Below the pieces are notes generated by a model. The model made no database searches. It saw nothing but the letters and a program-made list of their open reading frames with translations, and was not told the origin of the DNA. DNA of 64,000 nt from Candidatus Latescibacterota bacterium. GTDB lineage: Bacteria; Latescibacterota; UBA2968; UBA8231. A program made the translations under genes and the position numbers. This document shows, piece after piece, positions 30,466 through 40,268 of the stretch; the stretch's first letter is position 1; each line of letters begins with the position of its first letter. Location of the stretch: assembly GCA_965243025.1 (NCBI GenBank), contig CBDETY010000003.1:6016001-6080000 (forward strand), written 5' to 3'.

Positions 30466-30834
30466 CCCTCGTCCCATGGTACCGGCCGTCGATGAATACG
30501 CTCAAACCTCGTCCGGCCTCCGCCTATGGATGGAAGGTTCCACTTCTCCATAGGAGCGGTTCCTCGGCGGCTTCCCGCGCCTCCGCTTGGCTTGCTCTCA
30601 CCCGTCCGCACCTCACCCATGTCAAACGACACCCCAGGTTCCCCACTTGGCGGGGCACCCAGATTCGCGCACCCCTGACTGGATGTCGGGGTGGGGTGAA
30701 ACACCGTTACCATCAAGTGAATTCTTGCAGATTTTCGGCCAGCTTCGGATTCTCGGCGCAACCCTCGCAGTTCCACTGATTTTTTCTTTCCGCCCACGCA
30801 GCCGGTTTTTCCCACACCGCCTCCTTGAGGCAAG

Positions 30835-31135
30835 CCGTTCCTGAAATCTCCCGGAAACCCGATCTGGACTGAGGTCTCTCCTCGATCCGAGCCGGGGGCC
30901 TCGGATCCACCTTGCCGATTTCCCAAGGGGGGCAAAGGCTCCGAGAGGATCCCTCGCGAATTCTCCCCTTCCGTATTCTCCTACGGAATACCCCCCTTCT
31001 GCGCACCATGTGCCGAACGGAAGAAGATCCCAGCGGGGCAAAACGGGGAATGCTCCGATGGAGCCTGCCTTTCCCTATCACCTGTCTCGGAAAAAGACCA
31101 TGCCAGAGGGGAAGCCGAAGCAGATCCCTCGATTT
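30835..31135 (-). repeat. Internal ~300-bp copy of the element-specific non-coding repeat
   Basis: Colinear degenerate similarity to 39535-39840 and to the reverse complement of 3880-4150 (gccgatttccc, attctcctacgga, aagaccatgccag, gaagccgaagcagatc). Confidence 0.8.
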
Positions 31136-31567
31136 TCGGCTACGAAACCCCAAACAATAGGGATCGGGTCCGCGAGGCCCTTGCTGTCGTGGAGCAAAGG
31201 TCACCAGGTCGTATCACTCAGCCACCACCTCGAACCCCTGTTCCAGAAATCTCTCTCGCTGCATCGCTATGGATAGTCGAGGTCCCCGATGATGCGAGCG
31301 CCTCGTTCTCCCGTTCCATCTCCTCAGCCGGTTTCATCTTCTTCTCTCCTGCTCGGAGCCTGATTTCAGGCCATATCGTCCGAAATGGCCCCCCTCTGTC
31401 CTTTTCCATAAAGAAACCGCTGGAATGGACCTTATTTCCACCGATTTATCACTCATGGGGGGATCGTTTTAGATCTATATTACTGAATCCGGTTTCTCGG
31501 GTCGCAGCCGGTTTCCTCGGCGGAGTCCCTTAAATCGCGCGAACTCGGGTCCACTCTAAACGGCTAC

Positions 31568-32458
31568 ATGACAGCAGAACAACGCCAGTTTTCTGGAATA
31601 TCCCGGATTTTCAACGGCCTGTTAATCCTGGCAGCAGCCGTACCCGGCTGGTCGGCCCCGGCTCCACCGGATTGGGTCCTGATCGACCCCAGCGACGAGC
31701 CCGGGTTCTGGGTGGTGACTTGGCCTTCGGTTGCCGACGCCGACGGTTACCAGATTTACCTGCAGATCGGGGCCGCTGACGTTGAGGGGGACCAGGCCCC
31801 CGAGCCGGTCTTGGCCCGGTGGGGCTACGTCGAACAACAGGACGGGGTGATCAGGGTCAAGATCGCCGGCCTGTCTCAGGAGACGTTCTCCTTCGGGGTA
31901 GCCACCGTAAAGGACGGGGTCGAATCCGAAATCACCTGGCCGGCACAGCCTTCACAGCCTTCTGTAGCACCCACGCCACCGGATTCGGTTTGGGTCGAGG
32001 AATACGGAGAAGGTATGGTAGTTCTTGCCTGGACTGTCGTTCCGGGAGCCGATGGGTACAGGATTTACGGAGAGGTCCTCGTGACCGTTGCATTGAATTC
32101 TCAAGGGGAAATCGTAATCCTTGAAAGCCCAGAGGTAGTTTGGGTGTCGTGGGGCTATGTGGACCAGCAGGATTCGGAAATAATCCGGGCTACCATTCCG
32201 ATCCTGGATGAGGGGCCGCCCGCCCTTGCCGTGGCCGCAGAAAAGGACGGGGTGAAATCAGAAATCGCCTGGCCGCCGGCACATCCGGACTTCAACCGGG
32301 ATGGCCAAGTGAACCTCCTCGACTTCTTCCTGCTCGCCGACGCCTTCGGGAGCACCCTTCGGGGATTCGACCTCGACCGGGACGGCCGGGTCGACCTGAA
32401 CGACTATTTCCTGTTCGCCAATGCCTTTCAGACCGGCCAATGGCAACCGGGGAACTGA
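31568..32458 (+). CDS. Secreted protein: two FN3-like beta repeats plus C-terminal dockerin-like EF-hand pair
   Basis: Signal-like N-terminus; repeats ADGY.IY..WGYV.QQD..KDGV.SEI.WP; DFNRDGQVNLLDFFLLADAFG..FDLDRDGRVDLNDYFLFANAF. Confidence 0.85.
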   Translation: MTAEQRQFSGISRIFNGLLILAAAVPGWSAPAPPDWVLIDPSDEPGFWVVTWPSVADADGYQIYLQIGAADVEGDQAPEPVLARWGYVEQQDGVIRVKIAGLSQETFSFGVATVKDGVESEITWPAQPSQPSVAPTPPDSVWVEEYGEGMVVLAWTVVPGADGYRIYGEVLVTVALNSQGEIVILESPEVVWVSWGYVDQQDSEIIRATIPILDEGPPALAVAAEKDGVKSEIAWPPAHPDFNRDGQVNLLDFFLLADAFGSTLRGFDLDRDGRVDLNDYFLFANAFQTGQWQPGN

Positions 32459-32749
32459 ACTCCCCGGAGGGGCACCTTTCCTGGCCGGTTGGGGAAACTG
32501 CTTCGGTAATTGATCGGACAACCATGAGAACTGCGAAAGCAGCCACGAGGGCGTGCAGGGGATCTTTCTCCGCGATTTGGGTCGAAGCTCTTGCCGTCGT
32601 GGAATAGGTCACTCCCAGAGAGTTATCGCTCAGTGCTACCTCGCCGCAGCCGTTCCTGAATCTCCCCAGGCAAATGTCAAGAACGGTTTAAAAGTTGACA
32701 GTTCCAACGGTTTAAAAGTGGACACTTTTCTACTCCACGCGGCTGGATT

Positions 32750-33553
32750 CTGTCCGCGCATGTGTTCTCCTTCCGGTTGACGAGGGGTATCTCCGGTGGT
32801 GAGTCCGGACTGGCGACGATGCCGCAGGCGGTAGCTGTCCCCCCGGATGTTGATGGTGGAGGAGTGGTGTAACAAGCGGTCCAGGAGCGCGGTGGCCAGC
32901 ACCGGATCGGGAAAGATCTCGTTCCAGGTGCCATAGCTCTTGTTGCTGGTCAGGATGATGGACTTGAGCGCTTCGTAGCGCTTGCTGACCACTTCGAAGA
33001 GGAAGGTGGCGTCCTGGCGCTCGGGGCATGTAGCCGACCTCGTCCAGGACCAGCAGGTCGGGTCGGGTCAGCGTCTGGAGCAGGACGGACAGACGGTTCT
33101 TCTCGCGAGCGCTGCGGGAGCGGGTGACCAGATCGTGCAGGGTCAGGAAATAGACGCGGTGGCCGCGCTCGATGGCCTTGAGGGCCAGGCCGAGAGCCAG
33201 GTGCGATTTGCCGACCCCGGGCGGTCCGAGGAACAGGACGTTGGTCCCCTGGTGCAGGAAGCGCAGCGTGGCGAGCTCGTCGATGGTCTGTTTGGGCACC
33301 TGGGCCTGGGCGTGGAAATCGAAGCTTTCCAGGGTCCTGGTCGCGGCCATGCCCGACAGTCTCAGGTTGGTGGCCACCCGGCGCTCGAAGCGGTCGGCGC
33401 GCTCGCGGTTGAGGAGCTCATCGATCACTTCCACCGGCAGCTGCTGCTTTTTCTGGCCCTCTTCCAGGACCGTATCCAGCCGTGCGGGCGGCGTTCAGGC
33501 CGAGTATTTCCAGGTGTTCCTGCACGCCGCTCGTAACTGACGGTCGCGCTCAT
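32750..33553 (-). pseudogene. istB: IstB ATPase, frameshifted
   Basis: GPPGVGKSHLA, LLVLDEVGY, LLDRLLHH; frameshifts near the 5' end and ~33025. Confidence 0.9.
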
Positions 33554-34879
33554 GCGAGCACCTCCTGCGACGTTTCGGCGAGCAGGTCCTCATACACCTC
33601 CAGCGACCGGACCTGGACCTCGAGATCCGGATCGGCCGCCCTCGGCGGCGGTGCCGTGAGCGCCCGGGCCGGCTCGGGCGGCCTCTGCTCGAAGCGGGGG
33701 CGCCGTCCTTTCCGTCGGCTGTGCTGCCGGGCCGCTGCTCGCGTGAGCCGGCGGAGGGCGGCGGCGTGCTCGGGCAGGGTGACGGCGGCATGCCCCTGGA
33801 CTCGCGCTGATGACGAGCCACCGGGACGTCGCCCAGATACACCCAAAACAGTTCGCCGACCTCCTCGCCGTCGGGTCGCACTCTCACCGTGCGCCCCACC
33901 GCTTGCGGATCGACGCTGTAGCGGGTGCCCCCGTAACTGATATGACCGTCGGAGGGCACCTGTCGGAATTCGATCGGACGCAGGTCGTAGACCGGCACCG
34001 CGGCCGGCGGCCGCAGGTGGGCGCGCTCCTCGGCGTGACGATCCACCGGTCGGGCCCGGGTGGTGCCGTGCACCCGCACGTTGGCCACCGTGTCGAGCCA
34101 GATCTCGAGCTGGCGATTGAGATCGGCCAGGTCGACGAAAGCGCGGCCTTCGAGGAAGGATGTTTTCACATACCCTACCCCGCGTTCGACCTTTCCTTTG
34201 ACCCGCGGCCAGTACGGAGGCGACGCTACCGGCACAAACCCGTAGTGATGGGCGAACGCCAGGAACGACGGGTTCCAGTGCACGGTGCCGGTGCAGACCT
34301 CGTGCTGATCGACGGCCTGCTTCATGTTGTCGACCAGAAGCTCCGCCGGGATGCCCAGCCGCCCGAACGCCGCACTCAGACAGGCCAGCAGCACCGGCCG
34401 TCTCGAGGAGGTCGTGAAGCGGGCGTACATCATGCGGCTGTAGCCGAGCACGACGACGAACACGTAGAGCTTTCTGCGCGCTCCGGCCACTTCGAGGGTG
34501 CCGCACTCGCCCCAATCCATCTGCGCCTGCTGGCCGGGCAGGGTTTCGAAGGCTCGCTGAGACGCCGGACGAACTCCTGCTTGAGGGGCCGTACGTAGGC
34601 GCGCAGGATGCTCAGCCCGCCCCGATACCCCCGCGCCGCCAATTCCCTGAACAGCACCGTGGCGGGCAGGTCGAAACGTTCCAGACGCGCGCCGATGTAG
34701 TCCTTGTGCGCATCGAGCTTGGAGGCCTTCCGCCGCCGCTTCCCGGCGAAGGGGGTGGCGCGCTGCAGGTGGTTGTACACGGTCTGGCGGCTGACGCCCA
34801 CCTGCCGGGCGATCGCTGCCTTCTTCATGCCCTGACGGGCCAGATAGTTGATCTGCATGGCCTTCTCCCAAACGATCAT
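33550..34879 (-). pseudogene. istA: IstA transposase, frameshifted
   Basis: HTH GVSRQTVYNHL; FETLPGQQAQMDWG; VDNMK; KGKVERGVGYVK; frameshifts ~34560 and ~33800. Confidence 0.9.
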
Positions 34880-35393
34880 CGATTCGAAGCCTTCCCTGTG
34901 TTTGTCGGGGATGTTTTTCAACGGACCATCCCAAAGTACAAGGCACAGCGGAGGCTTCATCAGGGTGGACACGACCGGACCTGAAGGCCCGGCTTCGAAT
35001 CGGCGCGGAAACCGGGCGGAGAGGGGCTGAGAATCACAGTGTGGATAACTTGCTGGAAGACGCTCACACCGGGTTATCCACATCTGAGTCCGGTACCTCC
35101 GAGAGGACGAGCGATTATCTCAGGAGATACGCACCCCGAAGTGTCCAACTTTATATCCGTGATTTTGTCAAAGAAAAAACCGGCGGTGACAGATTGACCA
35201 CGACCCATCCCGGTAGGGGTTCGCGGCTGTGGCTGCTACGGGGCTTCCACTGACAGCATACGGGGCATCGATTCGAACAACGGTGCAACCTGACATGCTT
35301 CCCTGATCCAGAGGAACCCAGCGTAGGCTCGAGCGTCCATGTCGGGATACACGAACCGGTAAACTCTCTCCAGACCTTGAAGTTCCCACGCAA

Positions 35394-38300
35394 GTGATCT
35401 TCAACCGTGCTCCGCGGGACGGGATTGTGTTCGTCCTCTCGCTCGCGGCCCTGACCGCGGCCGCCGAAGCGCAGCCCCCCTGGCCGGCAATGGACTCACC
35501 CCCGCCCCGCGGGCCTGAAACCCCCGCCGGACTCGCCGGGCAGCTTTCCCATGCCCGAGCCGTCCTGGCCAGTTCCTGGACGGCGACCGCGGAAATGACC
35601 GGGAAGACTTCCGGCAGCGTGCGCCTTCTCTACGAGGCCGGGCCCGCGACTCCATCCGGTCCCGCTTCGGTCGAGCCGGTCGCCTTCGATCACCTCCGCG
35701 ACCTCCACCGCAGCTGCACCGTCGGCATTCCCCCGGACAGCGAAGTCGAGATGGAGGTCATCGAAGCCCGCGTCGCGGCTCGAGTCCACGCCCCCGGGGC
35801 GGTTGAGCACTTCGCGGGTCTGGTCCAGGGCCCGGTCGCGCTCGGGGAACGCGGCCTTCTGCGAAGTCAGGAAGTAGTTGCGGTCGGGTTCGGACCCCGG
35901 CTCGACGGCGAGGAACTCACCGTTTTCGACCGCATTGAGGTCGAGCTGCGTTTTTCCACCTCCCGGGGAGCGAAACGGCCTTCCTGGCCCGACAAGTGGG
36001 GGGAACTGCTGTACCGCAACACCCTCGTCAACTACGAGCAGGCGAGGTCCTGGCGTCTCCCGGCGGGTGGCCTCGGGGCCGGCAAGGCAGCCGACGAGCA
36101 GGTGCTGAGCGGCGAGGTGCTCAGGCTTACGGTCCGCAGCAACGGCATGTACAAAGTTACCGGGGCCGACCTTGCAGAAGCGGGCATCGACCTGGAGACG
36201 GTTGTCCCGGAACGCCTGCGCATGCTGTACGGAGGGGGCCGGGTTCTGGGTCTCCAGCGCGCCGTAATTCCAGGTATCATCCGCCGCGAAATCCCGGTTC
36301 TGGTCGAGGACGGCGGCGACGGCCGCTTCGACGCGGGCGACTTCCTGCTGTTCTACGGCGAGGCGACCCAACGCTGGGAGTACGGGCGCGACGCGAAGCA
36401 GTATTTCTGGCGGCAGAATCCCTTCACCGAGGAGAACGTCTACTTCCTCGATACCCGAGCCGAGGTGGAGGGTCTCAGGATGAGTCAGATCAGCGGAGCT
36501 CCGGACAACGGTTCGGCGCGCCGGATCGACAGCTACCGCGAGCGGATCCATCTCGAGGACGACCGCATGATTCGGTTGCTGTGGTGGAGCATAAAGACGG
36601 GTTACGACTGGTACTGGGAGGACTTCGGGGGGAACGCCCGCAACTTTTCCGTGATCGTGCGCGAAGCGGTTCCGGGAACTCCCGTCGACATCCGGATCCG
36701 TTTCTGGGGATCGAGGAAAGCCGTCCACAGGTTCGATCTGTACTGGAACGACGAGCTGGCAGGACAGGTCAGGATGGACAGCATGTTCGTGGCCACCCTC
36801 CGGGCGCAGGCCCCGCAGGGCCCGAAGGAGGGCCTCAATCAGCTGGGAATCTTCCAGCGCGACAACAAGGGGACGCGCCTGGACTGGATCGAGGTCGAAT
36901 TCGACCGCCGGCTGTCGGCAGAGGGGGGCGAGCTGACCTTCGCCTGGCCGCCGTCGGCGGTGCTTGAGAATGAGGGCGCGGTAACGGCGGAGTTTGTTCT
37001 GTCGGGGTTCGCCGAAGAGGGCAAACCCCGGATCTTCGAGATCTCCGCGCAGGGGTGGCCGGGGGAAATCGTCGGTTTCGACTGGGACGGGACCACGGGA
37101 ACCGCGGTCTTCCAGGACCGGTTCGGCGGGGAGGGAGTTCCGCCGCGCTACATCGCCATCGTGCCCTCGCGGTGGAAGCGGCCGGCGGCAATTGAGCGCG
37201 ATGCTCCGAGCAGGTTGCGCACCCGGGACAATGGGGCGGACTACATCGTTCTCACCCATGCCGATTTCCGCGCCGCTGCCGACCGCCTGGCCGAGTGGCG
37301 GGCGGCGGACGACCGCTTCGGACGTATGCGGACGCTCACTGTCGACGTCCAGGACGTCTACGACGAGTTCTCCGGGGGACTGCTCGACCCGATGGCGATC
37401 CGGTCGTTCGTCAACTACGCGGTCGACAACTGGGATCCCGCTCCCTGGTTCATCTGCCTGATGGGTGACGGTACTCACGATTACAAGAACAGCACGGGCA
37501 CCAGCCACCCGAACTGGATGCCGGCGTACCAGGAAGGCATAAGCATGTTCGACGAATGGTACGTGCGCGTGGAAGGAGAGGACCGGATTCCCGACCTGGC
37601 CATCGGCAGATTGCCGGTGCAGTCGGCAACAGAGGCGGAGGGGGTGGTCGACAAGCTGATCTCCTACGACTCGGACCCGGAGGTCGGTCCATGGCAGAGC
37701 CGGGTGCTGCTGGTGGCGGACGACCTGCGCAATCCGTCGAAACTGGACTTCGTGGAATCCTTTTTCATTCGCGACGCCGAGTCGCTGGCGAAGCGCGTCT
37801 TCCCTGCCGACCTCGATCTCGTCAAGCTCTACATCGCCCAGTTTCCGCTCGAGGGGAGCACCAAGCCGCAGGCAAGGGATGCCTTCGTGCGCCGCTTCAA
37901 CGAGGGAGCGCTGATCGTCACCTACCTCGGACACGGGAGCCTCGATGTGCTCGCCCACGAGAAGATGTTCCTGCTTTCAAGAGACGCCGACCGAATCGAC
38001 AACGGCAGGCGGCTGCCGTTCATGTACACCGCCGCCAGCCAGGTCGGGGTGTTCGACGATCCGGACCAGCAGTCGATCCCGGAAGTTCTGATGAACCGCG
38101 CCGACGGCGGGGTGATCGGGTTCATATCGGCCGCCCGGGTAGGCTTCCATACCAGCAACATGTACCTCGCCTGGGAGTTTCACCGACTGATGTTCAGGTC
38201 GGAGGAGAGTAACCTTCCTCTGGGACTGGCGCTGACCATCGCCAAGCAGAACGTCACCGGCAACCAGGACGACCGCACCAACATGCAGCGCTACTGCCTG

Positions 38301-39332
38301 ATCGGCGACCCGGCGTTGCGCCTCGCCAGACCCCGGTACGTCGTCGCCCTCGCGGTGCCGGATTCGGTCCGGGCGCTCGAGGAGGTCCGCGTCGCCGGCC
38401 GGATTCTCGACTCCGACGGACGGCTGGCGGAAGACTTCGCCGGAACCGCCCTCGTGCAGGCGTTCGACTCCACTACGAGGAGCAAGCTGGACGACATCCC
38501 CTACGACCGCGTCGGGAACCCGATTTTCCGCGGCCTGGTGCCGGTTGCAGGGGGCCGTTTCGAGACCGCCTTCCGCGTGCCCAAGGACATCAGCTACAAG
38601 GAGGACAACGGCCGGGTCAGTGCCTATGCCTGGAGTGACCATGCTCCGGCCGCTTTCGGGTCGGTCGACGGCCTGGTTCTCGCCGGCACGGCGACCGGCG
38701 TTTCCGCCGACGAGACCGGACCCGGGATTGCGATTGGATTCAAGGGGAAGGATGGTTTCAAAAGCGGGGACACCATCCCCGGCGAAGCGGTCCTCGAAGC
38801 TGTGATCAGCGATCCGAACGGCATCAACATAACCGGGGAAACCGGGCACGAAATGGAGCTCCGGGTGGACGGTGCGCGCTTCATCGTCACCGAGCACTTC
38901 CACAATACCGGGGACTACCGCAGCGGCCTCCTCGAGTTCCCGCTGCCCGCCATGGAACCCGGTACCCATACCTTGCGTCTCAAGGCCTGGGACACGTTCA
39001 ACAACTCGTCCCAGGTCGAGGCGGAAGTGCGTGTCTCGGAGGCGGAGGACGGGGTGCTTTCCCGGCTGCTGTTCCACCCGAACCCGATGCGGGACAGGGG
39101 CGACTTCACGTACACTCTCGAAGATGCGGCGGAGTCTGTCCGCATCAGGGTGTTCTCGCTCGCCGGAACGCTCGTCGACGAGCTTTCCGGCACGGGGCAC
39201 GCCGACTTCAACCAGGTGGCCTGGACTCCTCCCGGGGAGCTCGCCAACGGCACCTACCTGTACCAGGTAGAGGTCGAGCTCGCCGATGGCTGGCGCATCG
39301 AGAGGAAGGCCGCCATCCAGGTGATGAAGTGA
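35394..39332 (+). CDS. porU: PorU-like peptidase C25 (T9SS sortase family) protein
   Basis: Signal peptide; DYIVLTH..VDVQDVYDEFSGG..DP.AIR.F..GDG..DYKN..IGRLPV..YLGHG..LIGDPA; PorU-type C-terminus (DPNGINITG..GH, HTLRLKAWDTFNNSS, PNPM, LANGTYLY). Ser at the expected catalytic Cys. Confidence 0.85.
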   Translation: MIFNRAPRDGIVFVLSLAALTAAAEAQPPWPAMDSPPPRGPETPAGLAGQLSHARAVLASSWTATAEMTGKTSGSVRLLYEAGPATPSGPASVEPVAFDHLRDLHRSCTVGIPPDSEVEMEVIEARVAARVHAPGAVEHFAGLVQGPVALGERGLLRSQEVVAVGFGPRLDGEELTVFDRIEVELRFSTSRGAKRPSWPDKWGELLYRNTLVNYEQARSWRLPAGGLGAGKAADEQVLSGEVLRLTVRSNGMYKVTGADLAEAGIDLETVVPERLRMLYGGGRVLGLQRAVIPGIIRREIPVLVEDGGDGRFDAGDFLLFYGEATQRWEYGRDAKQYFWRQNPFTEENVYFLDTRAEVEGLRMSQISGAPDNGSARRIDSYRERIHLEDDRMIRLLWWSIKTGYDWYWEDFGGNARNFSVIVREAVPGTPVDIRIRFWGSRKAVHRFDLYWNDELAGQVRMDSMFVATLRAQAPQGPKEGLNQLGIFQRDNKGTRLDWIEVEFDRRLSAEGGELTFAWPPSAVLENEGAVTAEFVLSGFAEEGKPRIFEISAQGWPGEIVGFDWDGTTGTAVFQDRFGGEGVPPRYIAIVPSRWKRPAAIERDAPSRLRTRDNGADYIVLTHADFRAAADRLAEWRAADDRFGRMRTLTVDVQDVYDEFSGGLLDPMAIRSFVNYAVDNWDPAPWFICLMGDGTHDYKNSTGTSHPNWMPAYQEGISMFDEWYVRVEGEDRIPDLAIGRLPVQSATEAEGVVDKLISYDSDPEVGPWQSRVLLVADDLRNPSKLDFVESFFIRDAESLAKRVFPADLDLVKLYIAQFPLEGSTKPQARDAFVRRFNEGALIVTYLGHGSLDVLAHEKMFLLSRDADRIDNGRRLPFMYTAASQVGVFDDPDQQSIPEVLMNRADGGVIGFISAARVGFHTSNMYLAWEFHRLMFRSEESNLPLGLALTIAKQNVTGNQDDRTNMQRYCLIGDPALRLARPRYVVALAVPDSVRALEEVRVAGRILDSDGRLAEDFAGTALVQAFDSTTRSKLDDIPYDRVGNPIFRGLVPVAGGRFETAFRVPKDISYKEDNGRVSAYAWSDHAPAAFGSVDGLVLAGTATGVSADETGPGIAIGFKGKDGFKSGDTIPGEAVLEAVISDPNGINITGETGHEMELRVDGARFIVTEHFHNTGDYRSGLLEFPLPAMEPGTHTLRLKAWDTFNNSSQVEAEVRVSEAEDGVLSRLLFHPNPMRDRGDFTYTLEDAAESVRIRVFSLAGTLVDELSGTGHADFNQVAWTPPGELANGTYLYQVEVELADGWRIERKAAIQVMK

Positions 39333-39384
39333 CCGAACGGGAGATCCTGGGAAAGCCACAGCCTGGTTGGCTCGCGACGCCGAC

Positions 39385-39433
39385 TCCGGATCCGCAGGCA
39401 ATCATGTGGAATTCCCCAGCCGGCTAAAACAGT
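39385..39433 (+). repeat. Relic of the element's subterminal sequence (right-end orientation)
   Basis: ccggatccgcaggcaatcatgtggaattccccagccggctaaaacagt resembles 41889-41953 and the reverse complement of 1758-1824. Confidence 0.65.
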
Positions 39434-39529
39434 CAAAAGACCGTGCCCGGGCACTCACGGCCTGCCGGTTCGCCCGCTTTCGGGATTGCCCTCGTCTCGT
39501 AGTTCCGCAGCTGCACCTCGACCCGGGCC

Positions 39530-40268
39530 GTTCCTTAATCTCCCGGGCACACCGATCCGGACTGAGATCCCTCCTTGGTCAGAAGCCGGGGCCTCGATCC
39601 CCGGTGCCGATTTCCCAAGGGGGTGTGCAAAGGCAAACGAGAGGATCCTTCGCGAAGAGAAGCCGCGATGCATTCTCCGAAGGAGAAACACCCTGCCTTC
39701 CGCACCCCCGACCGAACGGAAGAAGATCCAGCCGGGCAACCGGGGAGCTTCCGGGGTAACCTGCCTGTCCTCCGCATAGCCTGCAGGTCTCAGCAAAAAC
39801 CATGGCAGAGAAGAAGGGAGGCAGATCGCCCCGACGGCCTGCTCGAAATTCCAGGTGATGAAGGGGTTTCCACGTCGGCGAAGCTCTTTGCCGTCGAAGA
39901 ACAGGGCCACCCCCCGGCAGTTCCGGTGTCTCCCGGAAACCCGATACGGACTGAGATCCTCCTCCGGCCTCCCCCACCATCCCCCCCTCCTCCGCTTGCA
40001 GAGACTAAAGTTTCCCGCCCCCATTATGAGATTTTTCGGAATAACTCGGAAGCCGATTTGGTTGTTTAGCTCAAACCGGTTACACTAAAGGCACATGCAA
40101 CAGGAAGCCGGCTGGATCCACCGCCGCTTCCCAGTCCCATCTGTCGGTGACATTCCGGCAGAGTCACCATCCCACGAAACCCGAAAGGACTGCCATGGGA
40201 GCGTGAATCACACTGTTTGTTGAGGGCCTGGTTTCAACACGGTACTCCACGGCCCGAAGGTCAGTACG
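39530..40268 (-). repeat. Non-coding inner part of right arm
   Basis: Inverted homologue of 3454-4150. Confidence 0.85.

Larger units (their letters stand above)
32675..35191 (-). mobile_element. IS21-family element, full length but decayed
   Basis: TG..CA ends with internal repeats (tgtcaagaacgg..ggacactt / tgtcaccgccgg..ggacactt); istA-istB; no TSD seen. Confidence 0.92.

Noticed and set aside
33020-34570. Programmed frameshifting in istA/istB
   Set aside because: At least four separate shifts without slippery motifs; decay, or local sequencing error, is simpler.
32666-35200. TSD around the full IS21
   Set aside because: The flanks (..ggcaaa / gattga..) do not match.
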